DNA from: an uncultured Lachnospiraceae bacterium
GTDB taxonomy: Bacteria; Bacillota; Clostridia; Lachnospirales; Lachnospiraceae
Assembly (NCBI GenBank): GCA_947643615.1
Contig: CANRWO010000011.1
Coordinates: 10,195-74,194, forward strand
Direction: 5' to 3'
Length of the DNA: 64,000 bases
Shown here: positions 10,485-21,124 of the stretch, piece by piece
How the letters are laid out: each line of letters opens with the position of its first letter
Position numbering within the stretch: position 1 is the stretch's first letter
Notes under the pieces: generated by a model
Seen by the model: the letters and a program-made list of their open reading frames with translations, nothing else
Told to the model about the DNA's origin: nothing
The model's database searches: none
Made by a program: the position numbers and the translations under genes

Positions 10485-12473
10485 TCAAGTCCTCACGTTT
10501 GAATGCTTTTTCCGAATTATTTTCCGGCATGTTTTATAAACAAGGAGGATCAGCAGGATCAGGATTGCCAAAATAATCAATATCGCTGCCATAATCATAA
10601 ATGCATATTTATTAGGAGCTTTCAGTAAATCCTTCAGGGCAGTGCTGTCTTCCACTATTTTCCTTCCCTGGGGGATTGCATAAACCTGCGGAATGTTGGC
10701 AATACCGTCTCCGTCGGTATCTTCAAAGGATTCCATGTACCTTGCAAAAACAGTCCAGGCTTTTATTTCCCGGCCGTTTTCCGTGATAATGGCATCCTCG
10801 ATATTTTCTATGGGAGTGCCGTCCGCAAATTTGGGAGTCACGGATAATAATCCGTAAGAGACATCTGTCACGGCGCCCAGCATCTGTCCGCTGTAAAGGT
10901 CTCCCACTACACGGTAGAGCCTGTCATCTTCAATCTCCACACGGTTACCGTCGTGATCCCGCAGATAACAGTCCGTGACCTTATTCAGGATCAGGCGGTT
11001 TGGGTTATATGCAAATTCCAGGCCGGAGGTATAGAGCCTGGCATAGATCATGAGATCCGATATGGAGGCATCAATCTCCGCTACAGTCTTCAACTCTTTC
11101 CCTGTCAGATAGACGCTGATCACAGGGTATCCGGGTATTTCGTCAAGGCCGATGCCCAGGGAAAAGGAGTTAAATACATCAGTCACGGTAATATCTCCGG
11201 AGGGATAGGTATCCCGGACACAGCCATAGGGCACAATCGCCACGTCTACCGGATGCCCATCATATTCTGCGGCATTTTCCACAGCATATACATAGGAGTC
11301 AGACATAAAATTGCCCAGGTTCTGGTCCGTATGAGTCGCAGCCAAGTCCTTGTGCGGACAGAAGCTTACGCTGCTCTGTGCCAGCACTTGATCGTTGGTA
11401 TAACCGAATTGTGAAAGGTATACGGTGTCCACCAGATCCATCAGGGAGTCGATTTTGTGCTGGGTGGCGGGGTCAGGTTCAATCTCGTCCGTAATGGGGA
11501 TCAGTGAGTAATCCCCTCGATTTACATCCATGATCCATCTGCCGTTTTCCATCTGGCGCATGGTGAGGTAACCCAGATATTTGCCGTATTCACCGGCAGA
11601 TGCGATATAAGTATCGCCGTGGCGGATGGGTTCTGTCAGCTGGGAATGGGAGTGGCCGCTGATAATGAGGTCGATAGCGGGAACGCTCTTGGCAAGGACC
11701 TCGTCCTCCGATTTGCTCTCGTCACTGCTTGTGCCGCTGTGTGAAAGGCAAATGATCATGTCTACGTCCTCTTTCTCCTGGATCTCCTTTACAGTTTCTG
11801 CAGCAGCCTCGGATATATCCTTGAATTTCAGCACACAGGTAGGCGCACAGGCCAGGGCGTCTTCCCCGAAAACACCCAGGATGGCAATCTTTACATCGCC
11901 CTTATCCACCACGATATAATCTTTCATGCCGTAACGGTCGAAAGCATCCTTTAACAATCTCTGGTCCTCTGTCAACCCTTCCGATTCCATGGTTTCCCAA
12001 TCAATGTTACAGAGCACCATAGCCGGAACCGGTTCCCCGGAGCTGGCGGCGGCATCAAGGGCGCCAGCGAGGCCTTTTGAACGATAGTCGAATTCATGGT
12101 TGCCCAATGTGGTAGCCTCACAACCCATGGAACCCAGCATACGCAGTTCCGCGGACTCACTGCTGAAAATGGCCTGTACCAGGGTGCCCATAGAGAAATC
12201 TCCGGCATCCAGGATCAAAGTGTCCGGGCAGTATTCCTTTTGCCGTTTGATCAGCGCATTGATACGTGCAAAACCGCCTGTGGAAACTTCTTCCCCGTCA
12301 ACAATAGTGGAAAAACTGTCCAGATGGGAATGGGTATCATGGAAAAACATTATATCCACAGACTTCGGCGGAAAAGTTTCGTCCCTGCTTCCTGCAGCTT
12401 CGGCAACGGAAATGCGGAGCAATATCAATATTGACGCAAGGCAGAATACGGACCATTTAAATACATGTCTCAT
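10485..12473 (-). CDS. Surface 5'-nucleotidase / UDP-sugar hydrolase family protein with C-terminal membrane anchor
   Basis: Signal peptide; metallophosphoesterase motifs DTHSH, DAGD, GNHEFD, SHSG, GHSH; 5'-nucleotidase C-terminal domain; C-terminal TM plus basic tail. Confidence 0.92.
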   Translation of the reverse strand: MRHVFKWSVFCLASILILLRISVAEAAGSRDETFPPKSVDIMFFHDTHSHLDSFSTIVDGEEVSTGGFARINALIKRQKEYCPDTLILDAGDFSMGTLVQAIFSSESAELRMLGSMGCEATTLGNHEFDYRSKGLAGALDAAASSGEPVPAMVLCNIDWETMESEGLTEDQRLLKDAFDRYGMKDYIVVDKGDVKIAILGVFGEDALACAPTCVLKFKDISEAAAETVKEIQEKEDVDMIICLSHSGTSSDESKSEDEVLAKSVPAIDLIISGHSHSQLTEPIRHGDTYIASAGEYGKYLGYLTMRQMENGRWIMDVNRGDYSLIPITDEIEPDPATQHKIDSLMDLVDTVYLSQFGYTNDQVLAQSSVSFCPHKDLAATHTDQNLGNFMSDSYVYAVENAAEYDGHPVDVAIVPYGCVRDTYPSGDITVTDVFNSFSLGIGLDEIPGYPVISVYLTGKELKTVAEIDASISDLMIYARLYTSGLEFAYNPNRLILNKVTDCYLRDHDGNRVEIEDDRLYRVVGDLYSGQMLGAVTDVSYGLLSVTPKFADGTPIENIEDAIITENGREIKAWTVFARYMESFEDTDGDGIANIPQVYAIPQGRKIVEDSTALKDLLKAPNKYAFMIMAAILIILAILILLILLVYKTCRKIIRKKHSNVRT

Positions 12474-12675
12474 AAGACCACTCCCTTATCAGTATAAGAT
12501 ACCGGAAACCCAAACAACCGGCTGTACCTCTGTGCGCAAACACTTGAAATACAATTATATGCTTTTTATTATAAAAAATCAAATAGAAGAGGATATGCGT
12601 AACAAACCCGGGCAGCTGTGGGTATACATTGCAGAATCGGACGGAAACTAACGGCTGTTGCGACATGGGAGCTTG

Positions 12676-12684
12676 TGGTATAAT
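12676..12684 (+). promoter_or_regulatory. Extended -10 promoter element upstream of the GH3 gene
   Basis: TGGTATAAT, a perfect TGnTATAAT, 40 bp before the ATG at 12725. Confidence 0.6.
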
Positions 12685-12724
12685 AAGGCTATTGACCAAA
12701 TATTTGTTACAGGAGGGTTTCAAC

Positions 12725-15160
12725 ATGCAGAAATGGGCCAGGGCGCTGTATCAGCCTATGCTCCCTATGGGGAAAGACGGAAGAAGGGTCACGGAATGCG
12801 AAGAGCATATCCGGCTTTCCAAGGAAGCGGCAAAGGAAGGGATGGTACTGTTAAAAAATGAGGACGGCCTGCTTCCTCTGGCAAGAGGCAGTAAAGTAGC
12901 GCTGTTTGGAAAAGCAAGTTTTGATTATGTAAAGGGCGGAGGGGGAAGCGGTGACGTAACGGTTTCCTATACGCGGAATCTGTATGAAGGCTTGAAGAAA
13001 AAATCGGATCAGGTGGCAGTTTTTGAGGAATTATCCGATTTTTATAAGAAAAATGTGGAAAAGCAATATGAGGCAGGGAGCGTCCCGGGACTCACGGTGG
13101 AGCCGGAAGTCCCGGCGGGGCTGTTGGGAAAAGCGAGAGCCTTCACGGATACGGCAATCATTGCTATCAGCAGGTTTTCCGGGGAAGGCTGGGACAGAAG
13201 CGTACAGTCCCTAGGACAGAAGCTTGTCAATGTGGAGGACCGGAATCTTTATGAAAAAGCGGAAAGAGTTTTCGAGAAAGGCGATTTTTATCTGAGCCGA
13301 GGGGAAGAAGCCATGGTGTGCACAGTAAAGAAAGCTTTTCCGAAGGTAATTGTCGTTATGAATGTGGGCGGTATGGTAGATTCCTCCTGGTTTGCCCGTG
13401 ACCCGGAGATACAGTCCGTGCTGATGGCATGGCAGGGAGGTATGGAGGGCGGACTGGCGGCCGCAGAGCTTCTGGTAGGGGAAGGGAACCCCAGCGGCAA
13501 GCTGGCGGATACTTTTGCAGGCAAGCTTGAGGATTACCCTTCCAGCGGGAATTTTCATGAGTCAGAGGATTATGTAGATTATACTGAGGACATCTATGTG
13601 GGTTACCGCTATTTTGAGACCATACCGAAAGCTGCCGATAAGGTGAACTATCCTTTTGGCTATGGATTGTCCTATACAAGTTTTTCCCTGGGATCGCCTC
13701 TGGCGGAGCAAAAAGAGGATTACAAAGAGGGTTACAAAGAAGATTACATAGAAGTCACGGTTCCCGTATGCAATACCGGTAATGTCCCGGGAAAAGAGGT
13801 AGTACAGGTATATTTCAGCGCCCCTCAGGGGAAGCTTGGCAAGCCTGCAAGGGAATTGGCCGCTTTCCGGAAGAGTCGGCTTTTGAATCCCGGGGAGACC
13901 CAGGTAATATTGGTCCGTTTCCGGGTAAACGACATGGCTTCTTATGATGACTTGGGGAAGATTGCCGGGTCAGCATATGTACTGGAGCAGGGGACTTACC
14001 GTTTTTATGTGGGCACTTCAGTAAGGGATACGGTGGAAACGGAGTTTACCCTGGAGATTCCTGAGGACTTGGTTACCCGGCAGCTCTCCGGTAAACTGTC
14101 CCCCACATCCCTGAAAATGAGAATGCGTGAGGACGGCAGTTATGAAGAACTTCCCCAGGGAGAACCCCATGACACGGATGCAAATGCCCTGGAACCTCCG
14201 GCGGAAAAGGCAGCCGGGTTTGCCCCGGCCATAAAGGCCCATGACAGATACAAACTGTGGGGAGAAGAAAAGAAAGTACACACTTTTGATGAGGTTGCAG
14301 GGGGAAGCGTGTCTCTGGAGGAGTTCATGGCACAGCTTTCCGACGGACAGCTGGCGGATTTATTGGGCGGGCAGCCGAATACCGGAGTGGCGGACGTGTT
14401 CGGCTACGGTAACCTGCCGGAATATGGCGTTCCCAATGTGATGACAGCGGACGGCCCTGCCGGTCTGCGGATCCTGCCAAACAGGGGCGTCTGCACTACG
14501 GCGTGGCCCTGTGCCACTCTGCTGGCATGCACATGGAACCCGGAACTGGCAGAGCAGGTGGGGGCAGCAGGAGGAGCGGAGGTCAAGGAGAATAATATTG
14601 CCATGTGGCTTACTCCCGCTATTAACATCCACAGGAGTCCCTTATGCGGCAGGAACTTTGAGTATTACTCCGAGGATCCACTGCTTACGGGTAAGCTGGC
14701 GGCAGCCATGGTCAGGGGGATCCAGAGCAACCGTGTAGGCGCTTCCGTAAAGCACTTTGCCCTGAACAATAAGGAAACAAACCGTAAGAACAGCGACTCC
14801 AGGGCATCGGAGAGGGCCATCCGGGAAATTTATTTGAGAGCTTTTGAGATTGTTGTCAAGGAGGCTGACCCCTGGTGCATTATGTCCTCTTACAATATTA
14901 TCAACGGACGCCGGGCATCGGAGAACAGGGAGCTGTTGGAAGATATTCTGCGCGGCGAGTGGGGTTTCAGGGGAATGGTGACGACCGATTGGTGGACTGC
15001 AGGCGAACATTATAAAGAGACGAAAGCCGGCAATGACGCCAAGATGGGATGCGGATATCCGGAAAGGCTGTTGGAAGCAATGGAGAAGGGTGTTTTGAGC
15101 AGGGGAGAGATGGAAGTATGCGCCCGGAGGATCTTGGAAATGATCTTGAAACTGGATTAG
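12725..15160 (+). CDS. GH3 beta-glucosidase, permuted domain order (GH3_C, FnIII, GH3_N)
   Basis: AGGAGG RBS; VLLKNE, SGKLADT, EVVQVY, DGPAG, GRNFEYYSEDP, KHFA, TDW nucleophile motif. Confidence 0.93.
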   Translation: MQKWARALYQPMLPMGKDGRRVTECEEHIRLSKEAAKEGMVLLKNEDGLLPLARGSKVALFGKASFDYVKGGGGSGDVTVSYTRNLYEGLKKKSDQVAVFEELSDFYKKNVEKQYEAGSVPGLTVEPEVPAGLLGKARAFTDTAIIAISRFSGEGWDRSVQSLGQKLVNVEDRNLYEKAERVFEKGDFYLSRGEEAMVCTVKKAFPKVIVVMNVGGMVDSSWFARDPEIQSVLMAWQGGMEGGLAAAELLVGEGNPSGKLADTFAGKLEDYPSSGNFHESEDYVDYTEDIYVGYRYFETIPKAADKVNYPFGYGLSYTSFSLGSPLAEQKEDYKEGYKEDYIEVTVPVCNTGNVPGKEVVQVYFSAPQGKLGKPARELAAFRKSRLLNPGETQVILVRFRVNDMASYDDLGKIAGSAYVLEQGTYRFYVGTSVRDTVETEFTLEIPEDLVTRQLSGKLSPTSLKMRMREDGSYEELPQGEPHDTDANALEPPAEKAAGFAPAIKAHDRYKLWGEEKKVHTFDEVAGGSVSLEEFMAQLSDGQLADLLGGQPNTGVADVFGYGNLPEYGVPNVMTADGPAGLRILPNRGVCTTAWPCATLLACTWNPELAEQVGAAGGAEVKENNIAMWLTPAINIHRSPLCGRNFEYYSEDPLLTGKLAAAMVRGIQSNRVGASVKHFALNNKETNRKNSDSRASERAIREIYLRAFEIVVKEADPWCIMSSYNIINGRRASENRELLEDILRGEWGFRGMVTTDWWTAGEHYKETKAGNDAKMGCGYPERLLEAMEKGVLSRGEMEVCARRILEMILKLD

Positions 15161-15199
15161 CGCCAAAGATAATTTTAAGAAAATTTAATGTTTCCTTTC

Positions 15200-15228
15200 G
15201 TGACATACTATAGAAAGTGTGGTATGTT
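15200..15228 (+). promoter_or_regulatory. Putative sigma-A promoter for the LCP gene
   Basis: GTGACA-N17-TATGTT with TG at the extended -10 position. Confidence 0.6.
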
Positions 15229-15304
15229 GTTAAGAATAAGGCGTCTGGCAGGTAAAACAGTGTTTTTATGGAAGCATGGGCCGGGTCGGCACAACCTGAG
15301 ATGC

Positions 15305-15343
15305 GAGTGGCTGTCTGCAGATTTACCGTGCAGGTAGCCATTT
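15305..15343 (+). terminator. Terminator-like hairpin in the 5' leader of the LCP gene
   Basis: TGGCTGTCTGCA (15308-15319) pairs with TGCAGGTAGCCA (15329-15340), 12 bp including 2 G-U; followed by only TTT. Confidence 0.55.
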
Positions 15344-15381
15344 CACAATCTTGATACCGTTCTTAGGAAAGGGCATAATGT

Positions 15382-16899
15382 ATGAGCAGGGAAACGGAAA
15401 ACGAAATGAGACAGATCCAGCAGGGGTTGGAGGCATTTCTGCAGCAGGAACTCCGGGAAATAGAGGCGGAGGGCGTACAGCGGCAGCCGGAACCTCAGTT
15501 GTATACCATGGGGGAAGAAGAGACAGATAAGGAGTTGGACATCATAGGAAACACATCCGGCAGGAAAAAGGTACCGACAAAAAAGCAAGTGAGAGAAATC
15601 GATTATGAAGAAGATTATTATGAAGATGATTATATAGAGGATTGGGACAGTCCCGAAAGAGCGGCAAATACCGGGCAAAGGCGAAGGCAGGGAGGGACTT
15701 CGGGAAATCGGCAGGCATCGGGCCGCAGGCCTGCTTCCGGCCGCCAGCCGTCACAGAGCCGTAATACTGCCCCGGGCAGCACACCGCCCCAGAGTCGCAG
15801 GCCTGCTTCCGGCCGCCGTTCGGAGCAATCGGGGTATTACCGTGACAGGGAGGATTATTATGAAGAACCGGCAAAAGCCTCCCGAAAACAGGATAGGAGA
15901 AGCGCACAAAGAGAACCCTCCAGGCAGACAAAGGGGCAGCCTGGGAGAAAGAAAGGATCGGCGCTTAAAAAGCTTTTGGTCACGGCAGTGCTTTTGGTGG
16001 CGTTGGCAGGCTTCGGACTTCACTTTTTGGTAGGTAAAGTATACGGCAAAATGAACTATGAAGAAATTGCGTCGGTGGCGGACCTTCCCATGGAGGAGGA
16101 TGGGGTGGTCAATATTCTGCTGATTGGAAACGATTCCCGGCAAAACGGTGAAGACGGACGGTCCGACGCTATGATCCTGCTGTCTGTCAGCAGCAAAACC
16201 AAGACGGTTTATATGACATCCCTGTTAAGAGACATGTATGTGGAGATACCTGGGCATGACGGCAACCGTTTAAACGCCGCATATTCCTTTGGGGGTGCGG
16301 AGCTTTTGATGGAAACGGTGGAACAGAATCTGGATATTCCCGTGAACCGGTATATGCTGGTGAATTTTGAAGCCTTTGCCAACCTGGTGGATGCCGTGGA
16401 CGGAGTGGACCTGGAACTTACCACCGAGGAACTGGAGTATGTGAACGGATATCTGGTGGAGTATAATATGCTCACAGGCCGGCCCCAGGGAACGGACAAT
16501 ATGGATACAACGAAACCCGGCCTGGTACACCTGAATGGGCCACAGGCCCTTGCATATTGCCGGAACCGCTACATTGGCACGGATTTCGGCCGCACGGAGA
16601 GACAGCGCAAAGTGCTCACCGCGGTGATCAAAAAGCTTCCCAAGGCAATCGGTACCAACTATCAGGCATTGATTGACGGGTTGATGCCCAACCTTACTAC
16701 CAACCTGACCCAGACCGAGTGTTTCCGCCTGAGCCTTATGGCGGGCAGGCTCCTGACCTATGACATTGTTTCGGACAGCATCCCTCAGCCAAATACCTAC
16801 AAGAATGCCACGATCCGTAAGATGGCGGTATTGGAAGTGGATTTTGAAGCCAATATCAAATATTTGAAGGAAAAGATTTACGGTGAAACGGGAAAATGA
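15382..16899 (+). CDS. LCP (LytR-CpsA-Psr) family cell-wall glycopolymer transferase
   Basis: Long low-complexity cytoplasmic N-terminus, TM, then NILLIGND, GRSDAMIL, RLNAAY, DFGRTERQR. Confidence 0.93.
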   Translation: MSRETENEMRQIQQGLEAFLQQELREIEAEGVQRQPEPQLYTMGEEETDKELDIIGNTSGRKKVPTKKQVREIDYEEDYYEDDYIEDWDSPERAANTGQRRRQGGTSGNRQASGRRPASGRQPSQSRNTAPGSTPPQSRRPASGRRSEQSGYYRDREDYYEEPAKASRKQDRRSAQREPSRQTKGQPGRKKGSALKKLLVTAVLLVALAGFGLHFLVGKVYGKMNYEEIASVADLPMEEDGVVNILLIGNDSRQNGEDGRSDAMILLSVSSKTKTVYMTSLLRDMYVEIPGHDGNRLNAAYSFGGAELLMETVEQNLDIPVNRYMLVNFEAFANLVDAVDGVDLELTTEELEYVNGYLVEYNMLTGRPQGTDNMDTTKPGLVHLNGPQALAYCRNRYIGTDFGRTERQRKVLTAVIKKLPKAIGTNYQALIDGLMPNLTTNLTQTECFRLSLMAGRLLTYDIVSDSIPQPNTYKNATIRKMAVLEVDFEANIKYLKEKIYGETGK

Positions 16900-16956
16900 T
16901 ATAATGACCATATTGAGGGTAAAAAGTCTTTTTTGTTTACAGGAGGGTATAATGAT

Positions 16957-18243
16957 ATGGGCGGCAAAAAGAAAATAAACGGAAAACTCATTGTTGCTTT
17001 ACTGACTGTTTTTGCATCATTTTTTGTAACACAGTTTATTATACTAATGTTGTTGTCAGCAGATATTATCGGCGTTGTGGTTGCCATGATACTGACGGTG
17101 GTGGTTATTCTGGCGGTTATGTCGCTGATCGTGGGCGTTCTGTGGTCCATCTTAAGTCCTATCCTTTCGGTATTTGACAGCAGCCTGGCAGCAGGCGCCG
17201 GCAACAGCAAACTGAAGCGCAGAATCGACAAGCTTGCCTCCCGTAATGACGACGTCGGGGAAATGATAAGGACGGCCAGCTCCATGGTCAATGGCCTGGC
17301 ATCCGTCACAAAAGGGATAAAGGATACGATTGGTGAACTGGAAGAAGTGTCAACCGGGTTCCAGCAGGTTTTTAACGAGATGGAGTCTTCCATGCAGGAT
17401 ACCTCTTCCAAGATGGGGACCATTATCAAGAATACCGTATCACAGGAAGACTATACGCAGGATATGAAGGGGAAGATCGACGCCATCGGCCTGGCGGTGG
17501 AAAATGTAAACAGCGGCATCTGCAACCTGTCTGCAAGCGCGGATATCCTGGAGCGCAGCCAGAATGACGCGGCGCGCATCATGAATGAACTGGTGGAGAT
17601 AAGCAGGGAAAGCAGTTCGGCCATAGAGGAAGTCAGGAACCAGACCAACAGGACCAATAAGTCGGCACAGCAGATCCGCACTGCCACGGAAATTATCGCA
17701 GGGATCTCAAGCCAGACCAATCTTCTCGCACTGAATGCCAGCATTGAAGCCGCAAGGGCCGGAGAGCACGGAAAAGGATTTGCCGTAGTGGCGGAGGAGA
17801 TACGTCTGTTAGCCGATCAGTCCAAGGAGTCAACGGAGCAGATCAACAGCATTGTAAACGACCTGATCGCCAATTCCGGCATCAGCGTTGATATCACGGA
17901 GAAAGTGTCCAGCGCCTTTACGGAACAGAACAGAAAGGTGGAGGAAACAGGGCAGATTTTCAAATCTCTCAATGCTGAGATTTTAAAAGTAGGAAACATT
18001 ATCAAAGACATTCATTCCGAAATGACGGATTTAGATAACCATAAGACCGTCATTGGGGACAGTATCAATTCCATGGTGGATTTTGCCCAGGAAAATGCGC
18101 AGTATGCATCTGCCACATCGGATAATGTAGACGGGCTCAACGAAATGGTTGACAGCTGTACGGGAATGGTAAAACAGGTTGCGGGAGCGTCAGATAAACT
18201 TGCCGGATACATAAAAGAGTTTGACCTGAAAGGCAGGATATAA
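16957..18243 (+). CDS. Methyl-accepting chemotaxis protein lacking an extracellular ligand-binding domain
   Basis: GGAGG RBS; adjacent TM helices with almost no loop; HAMP; [37 protein letters not shown]. Confidence 0.88.
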   Translation: MGGKKKINGKLIVALLTVFASFFVTQFIILMLLSADIIGVVVAMILTVVVILAVMSLIVGVLWSILSPILSVFDSSLAAGAGNSKLKRRIDKLASRNDDVGEMIRTASSMVNGLASVTKGIKDTIGELEEVSTGFQQVFNEMESSMQDTSSKMGTIIKNTVSQEDYTQDMKGKIDAIGLAVENVNSGICNLSASADILERSQNDAARIMNELVEISRESSSAIEEVRNQTNRTNKSAQQIRTATEIIAGISSQTNLLALNASIEAARAGEHGKGFAVVAEEIRLLADQSKESTEQINSIVNDLIANSGISVDITEKVSSAFTEQNRKVEETGQIFKSLNAEILKVGNIIKDIHSEMTDLDNHKTVIGDSINSMVDFAQENAQYASATSDNVDGLNEMVDSCTGMVKQVAGASDKLAGYIKEFDLKGRI

Positions 18244-18261
18244 TCGAAGAGGTGATGTGAA

Positions 18262-18570
18262 ATGGATGGTATTCTATTTATATTTGTCGGGATAATGTGC
18301 CTCTATGTGGCGGTTAAGACCTTCAGTTCACCGGAGCGCAATAAGGTGTTTAACAAGCGCCCCATTGATGTGGTGGACGTTAAGAAGTACAATCAATTCT
18401 GTGGTGTATTGATCTTAGGATTTGGCCTGGTGGCAGAACTTACTATTGTGGCCATGACCCTTACCACAGGGATTGTCAGCACTTTGTGCACAGTAGGCAT
18501 TATTGTGGAAGCTATCCTGGTGGTCTATATTTATCAGAAATTTGAGCTTCGTTTTTTAAAGAAACGCTGA
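18262..18570 (+). CDS. Small three-TM membrane protein
   Basis: GAGGTG RBS; three hydrophobic segments; 18 bp after the MCP stop. Confidence 0.75.
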   Translation: MDGILFIFVGIMCLYVAVKTFSSPERNKVFNKRPIDVVDVKKYNQFCGVLILGFGLVAELTIVAMTLTTGIVSTLCTVGIIVEAILVVYIYQKFELRFLKKR

Positions 18571-18667
18571 AGTTCACATAAATTTTGTGCCTGCGGCTGC
18601 ATAAGTTTAAAGCATCTGCCTTATGCCGTTGGGAATCTGCAGGCAGTGGAAAGGCATCGTTATTAAA

Positions 18668-19846
18668 ATGAATTTAAACAGTGGAAAAGTTCTGGCAGTT
18701 GTATTGTCGGCTGTGGGAGCCTGTCTGGCGGCAGGCTGCGCCGGCGGTACACAGGAGGAAACGTCTGTGGCTGTACTCCAGCCTCAGCCGTTGAAAGACA
18801 TCAGCGATGTCACGGAACCTTCGTCTTTACCGGTATCTGCGTCGGCCGAAGAACCTTCAATGGAGGAAAGTACCGCTTCGGAGGAAGAGGGATCCCACAT
18901 TGTGACAATTACCATTTCCGCTGCCGGTGATGTGACTTTAGGCACCCATCACCAACAGGACTACTGGTATTCCTTTCGCCAGGCCTATGACGAGGCGGAG
19001 GATGAGAGTTATTTCTTTGCCAATGTTTATGACATTTTCAGTTCGGACGATATGACGCTGGTTAACCTGGAGGGGCCGCTGACGCTTGCGGAGGAGGCCA
19101 GGGAAGGCCAGGTCTACAGTATCAAAGGAGACCCCCGGTATGCGGATATACTCACTGCAGGCAGTGTGGAAGCGGTGAGCTTGGGTAATAACCATATGAT
19201 GGATTACCTGGAGCAGGGCAGGAATGATACGGTCCAGGCAGTGGAAGAAGCGGGCATTGTTTATGCCTATGAGAAGACGGTGGGTATTTATGAGGTGAAG
19301 GGTATCCATATCGGTATGATTTCCGTCAATGAAGTGTCCCAAGGATATCTGGTGGAGGATACCATACAGAAAGGGATCGCCGAACTGCAGGAGCAGGGCG
19401 CAGACCTGATCCTGGTGAGCTGCCACTGGGGAGTGGAGAGGGAATACTGCCCGGAGGATTACCAGAAGATCCTGGGAGAAAAGTGTATTGATTGGGGAGC
19501 GGATCTTGTGATAGGGCACCATCCCCATGTGCTCCAGGGAATCGACGAATATAAGGGAAAATATATCATTTACAGTCTGGGAAATTTCTGTTTTGGCGCC
19601 AATCGTAATCCACCGGACAAGGATTCCATGATATTTCAGCAGACGTTTACTTTTATAGACGGGGAAAAACAGGAGGATCAGGAGATTCGTGTAATTCCCT
19701 GTTCCGTCAGCTCCGTGCCGGAGCGCAATAATTTCCAACCCACCCCTGCAGAGGGCGACGAGAAGACCCGTATTCTGGGGAGGATCAATGAATTCAGCCT
19801 GGAATTCGGTGTACAGTTTGACGGGGACGGGTATCGGTTGTGGTAA
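18668..19846 (+). CDS. CapA-family metallophosphoesterase lipoprotein
   Basis: Lipobox LAAGC; AAGDVTLG, NLEG, LGNNH, HWG, GHHPHVLQ, YSLGNF. Confidence 0.88.
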   Translation: MNLNSGKVLAVVLSAVGACLAAGCAGGTQEETSVAVLQPQPLKDISDVTEPSSLPVSASAEEPSMEESTASEEEGSHIVTITISAAGDVTLGTHHQQDYWYSFRQAYDEAEDESYFFANVYDIFSSDDMTLVNLEGPLTLAEEAREGQVYSIKGDPRYADILTAGSVEAVSLGNNHMMDYLEQGRNDTVQAVEEAGIVYAYEKTVGIYEVKGIHIGMISVNEVSQGYLVEDTIQKGIAELQEQGADLILVSCHWGVEREYCPEDYQKILGEKCIDWGADLVIGHHPHVLQGIDEYKGKYIIYSLGNFCFGANRNPPDKDSMIFQQTFTFIDGEKQEDQEIRVIPCSVSSVPERNNFQPTPAEGDEKTRILGRINEFSLEFGVQFDGDGYRLW

Positions 19847-19907
19847 AAGCAGTAATATGGGTGTTAGAGAGAGAGCAGAGGACAACACATGGAAAACGGA
19901 GGAAAAC

Positions 19908-21044
19908 ATGGAAAAAAGAAAACTGGAAAAACTGGGAATTGAGACTTCGTTGTTGGGGTTTGGCTGCATGCGCTTTCCCGTGACAACAGAGGGTGGAATT
20001 GACGAGCCGGAAGCGGAGAAGATGATGGACAAAGCCATCGCTGCCGGCGTAAACTACATTGATACGGCGTATCCCTATCATGGAGGCGCCAGCGAGCCTT
20101 TTGTGGGAAAAGTGCTGAAAAAGTACGACAGGGGCAGTTTCTTTCTGGCCACCAAGCTGCCGGTATGGAAAGTGGAGAAAATAGAAGATGTGGATGCCAT
20201 TTTTGAGGAACAGCTTGAACGGCTGCAGACGGACTACATAGATTTCTACCTTATGCACGCCCTCAATAAAGACCGTTTTAACCGGGTGCTGGAAATAGGA
20301 TGTATCCAACGCCTGGAACAGCTGAAGGAGGAGGGTAAGATCCGATATTTGGGATTCTCCTTCCATGACGATTATGAGACTTTTGAGAGGATACTAAACT
20401 ACAGGGATTGGGATTTCTGCCAGATCCAGTTAAATTATATGGACGCCAATGAGCAGGCGGGCCTGAAGGGTTATAAACTGGCGGAGGAAAAAGGTGTTCC
20501 CATGGTGGTCATGGAACCTGTGAAGGGCGGATCTCTGGCTGCCTTCGCGGAGGATATAACCGGCAGGTTTGGCAGCCTTGACCCGGAGGCGTCCGTAGCA
20601 TCCTTTGCATTGCGCTGGGTGGGGAGCTTACCGAACGTTAAGGTGATTTTAAGTGGTATGACTACTATGGCGCAGGTGGAGGATAACCTGAAGACCTTCC
20701 AGGATTTCCGGCCCTTGTCCGAAAAGGAACAGACGGAAATAGATGAGATTGTGAAGCTGATCAACAGCCGTGTGCAGAACGGCTGTACAGGCTGCAATTA
20801 CTGTATGCCCTGTCCTGCGGGCGTGAACATCCCCGGCAATTTCCGGGTTTGGAACACTTATCATATGTACCAGAATTATGGTATGGTGAAAAACAGATGG
20901 GAGAAAGACTTGGGAGAATCCGCACAGGCAAAGAATTGTGTGAAGTGCGGAAAGTGTGAGCAGGCCTGTCCCCAGAAGCTGTCAATCCGTGAAGACCTTG
21001 CAAAGGTACAGGCGGATATGGACAGGAAAGAGTTTATCTTATGA
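19908..21044 (+). CDS. Aldo/keto reductase with C-terminal 4Fe-4S dicluster
   Basis: LGFGCMR, YIDTAYPY, ATKL, LGFSFH, MEPVKGG; CTGCNYCMPCP and CVKCGKCEQACP. Confidence 0.92.
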   Translation: MEKRKLEKLGIETSLLGFGCMRFPVTTEGGIDEPEAEKMMDKAIAAGVNYIDTAYPYHGGASEPFVGKVLKKYDRGSFFLATKLPVWKVEKIEDVDAIFEEQLERLQTDYIDFYLMHALNKDRFNRVLEIGCIQRLEQLKEEGKIRYLGFSFHDDYETFERILNYRDWDFCQIQLNYMDANEQAGLKGYKLAEEKGVPMVVMEPVKGGSLAAFAEDITGRFGSLDPEASVASFALRWVGSLPNVKVILSGMTTMAQVEDNLKTFQDFRPLSEKEQTEIDEIVKLINSRVQNGCTGCNYCMPCPAGVNIPGNFRVWNTYHMYQNYGMVKNRWEKDLGESAQAKNCVKCGKCEQACPQKLSIREDLAKVQADMDRKEFIL

Positions 21045-21124
21045 CGGCAGCCTGAAAATGATATTTGCATTGCCTGAAATTAACATTTTGATGGCCTAAT
21101 AAATGTTGGAGAGGGGACATTGCT

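Noticed and set aside
12725-15160. Reversed GH3 domain order as a novelty
   Set aside because: Permuted GH3 enzymes are already known from rumen and gut Firmicutes.
15718-15822. Repeated CGCAGGCCTGCTTCCGGCCGCC in the LCP gene
   Set aside because: Encodes a repeated RRPASGR motif in a disordered N-terminus; ordinary coding low complexity.
18668-19846. Poly-gamma-glutamate capsule locus
   Set aside because: Lone CapA-family gene without capB/capC.
18938-20038. Long antisense ORFs (also 48245..49324, 36694..37467, 21197..22042, 45169..45882)
   Set aside because: They lie opposite well-supported genes, show no motifs or RBS, and are typical shadow ORFs.
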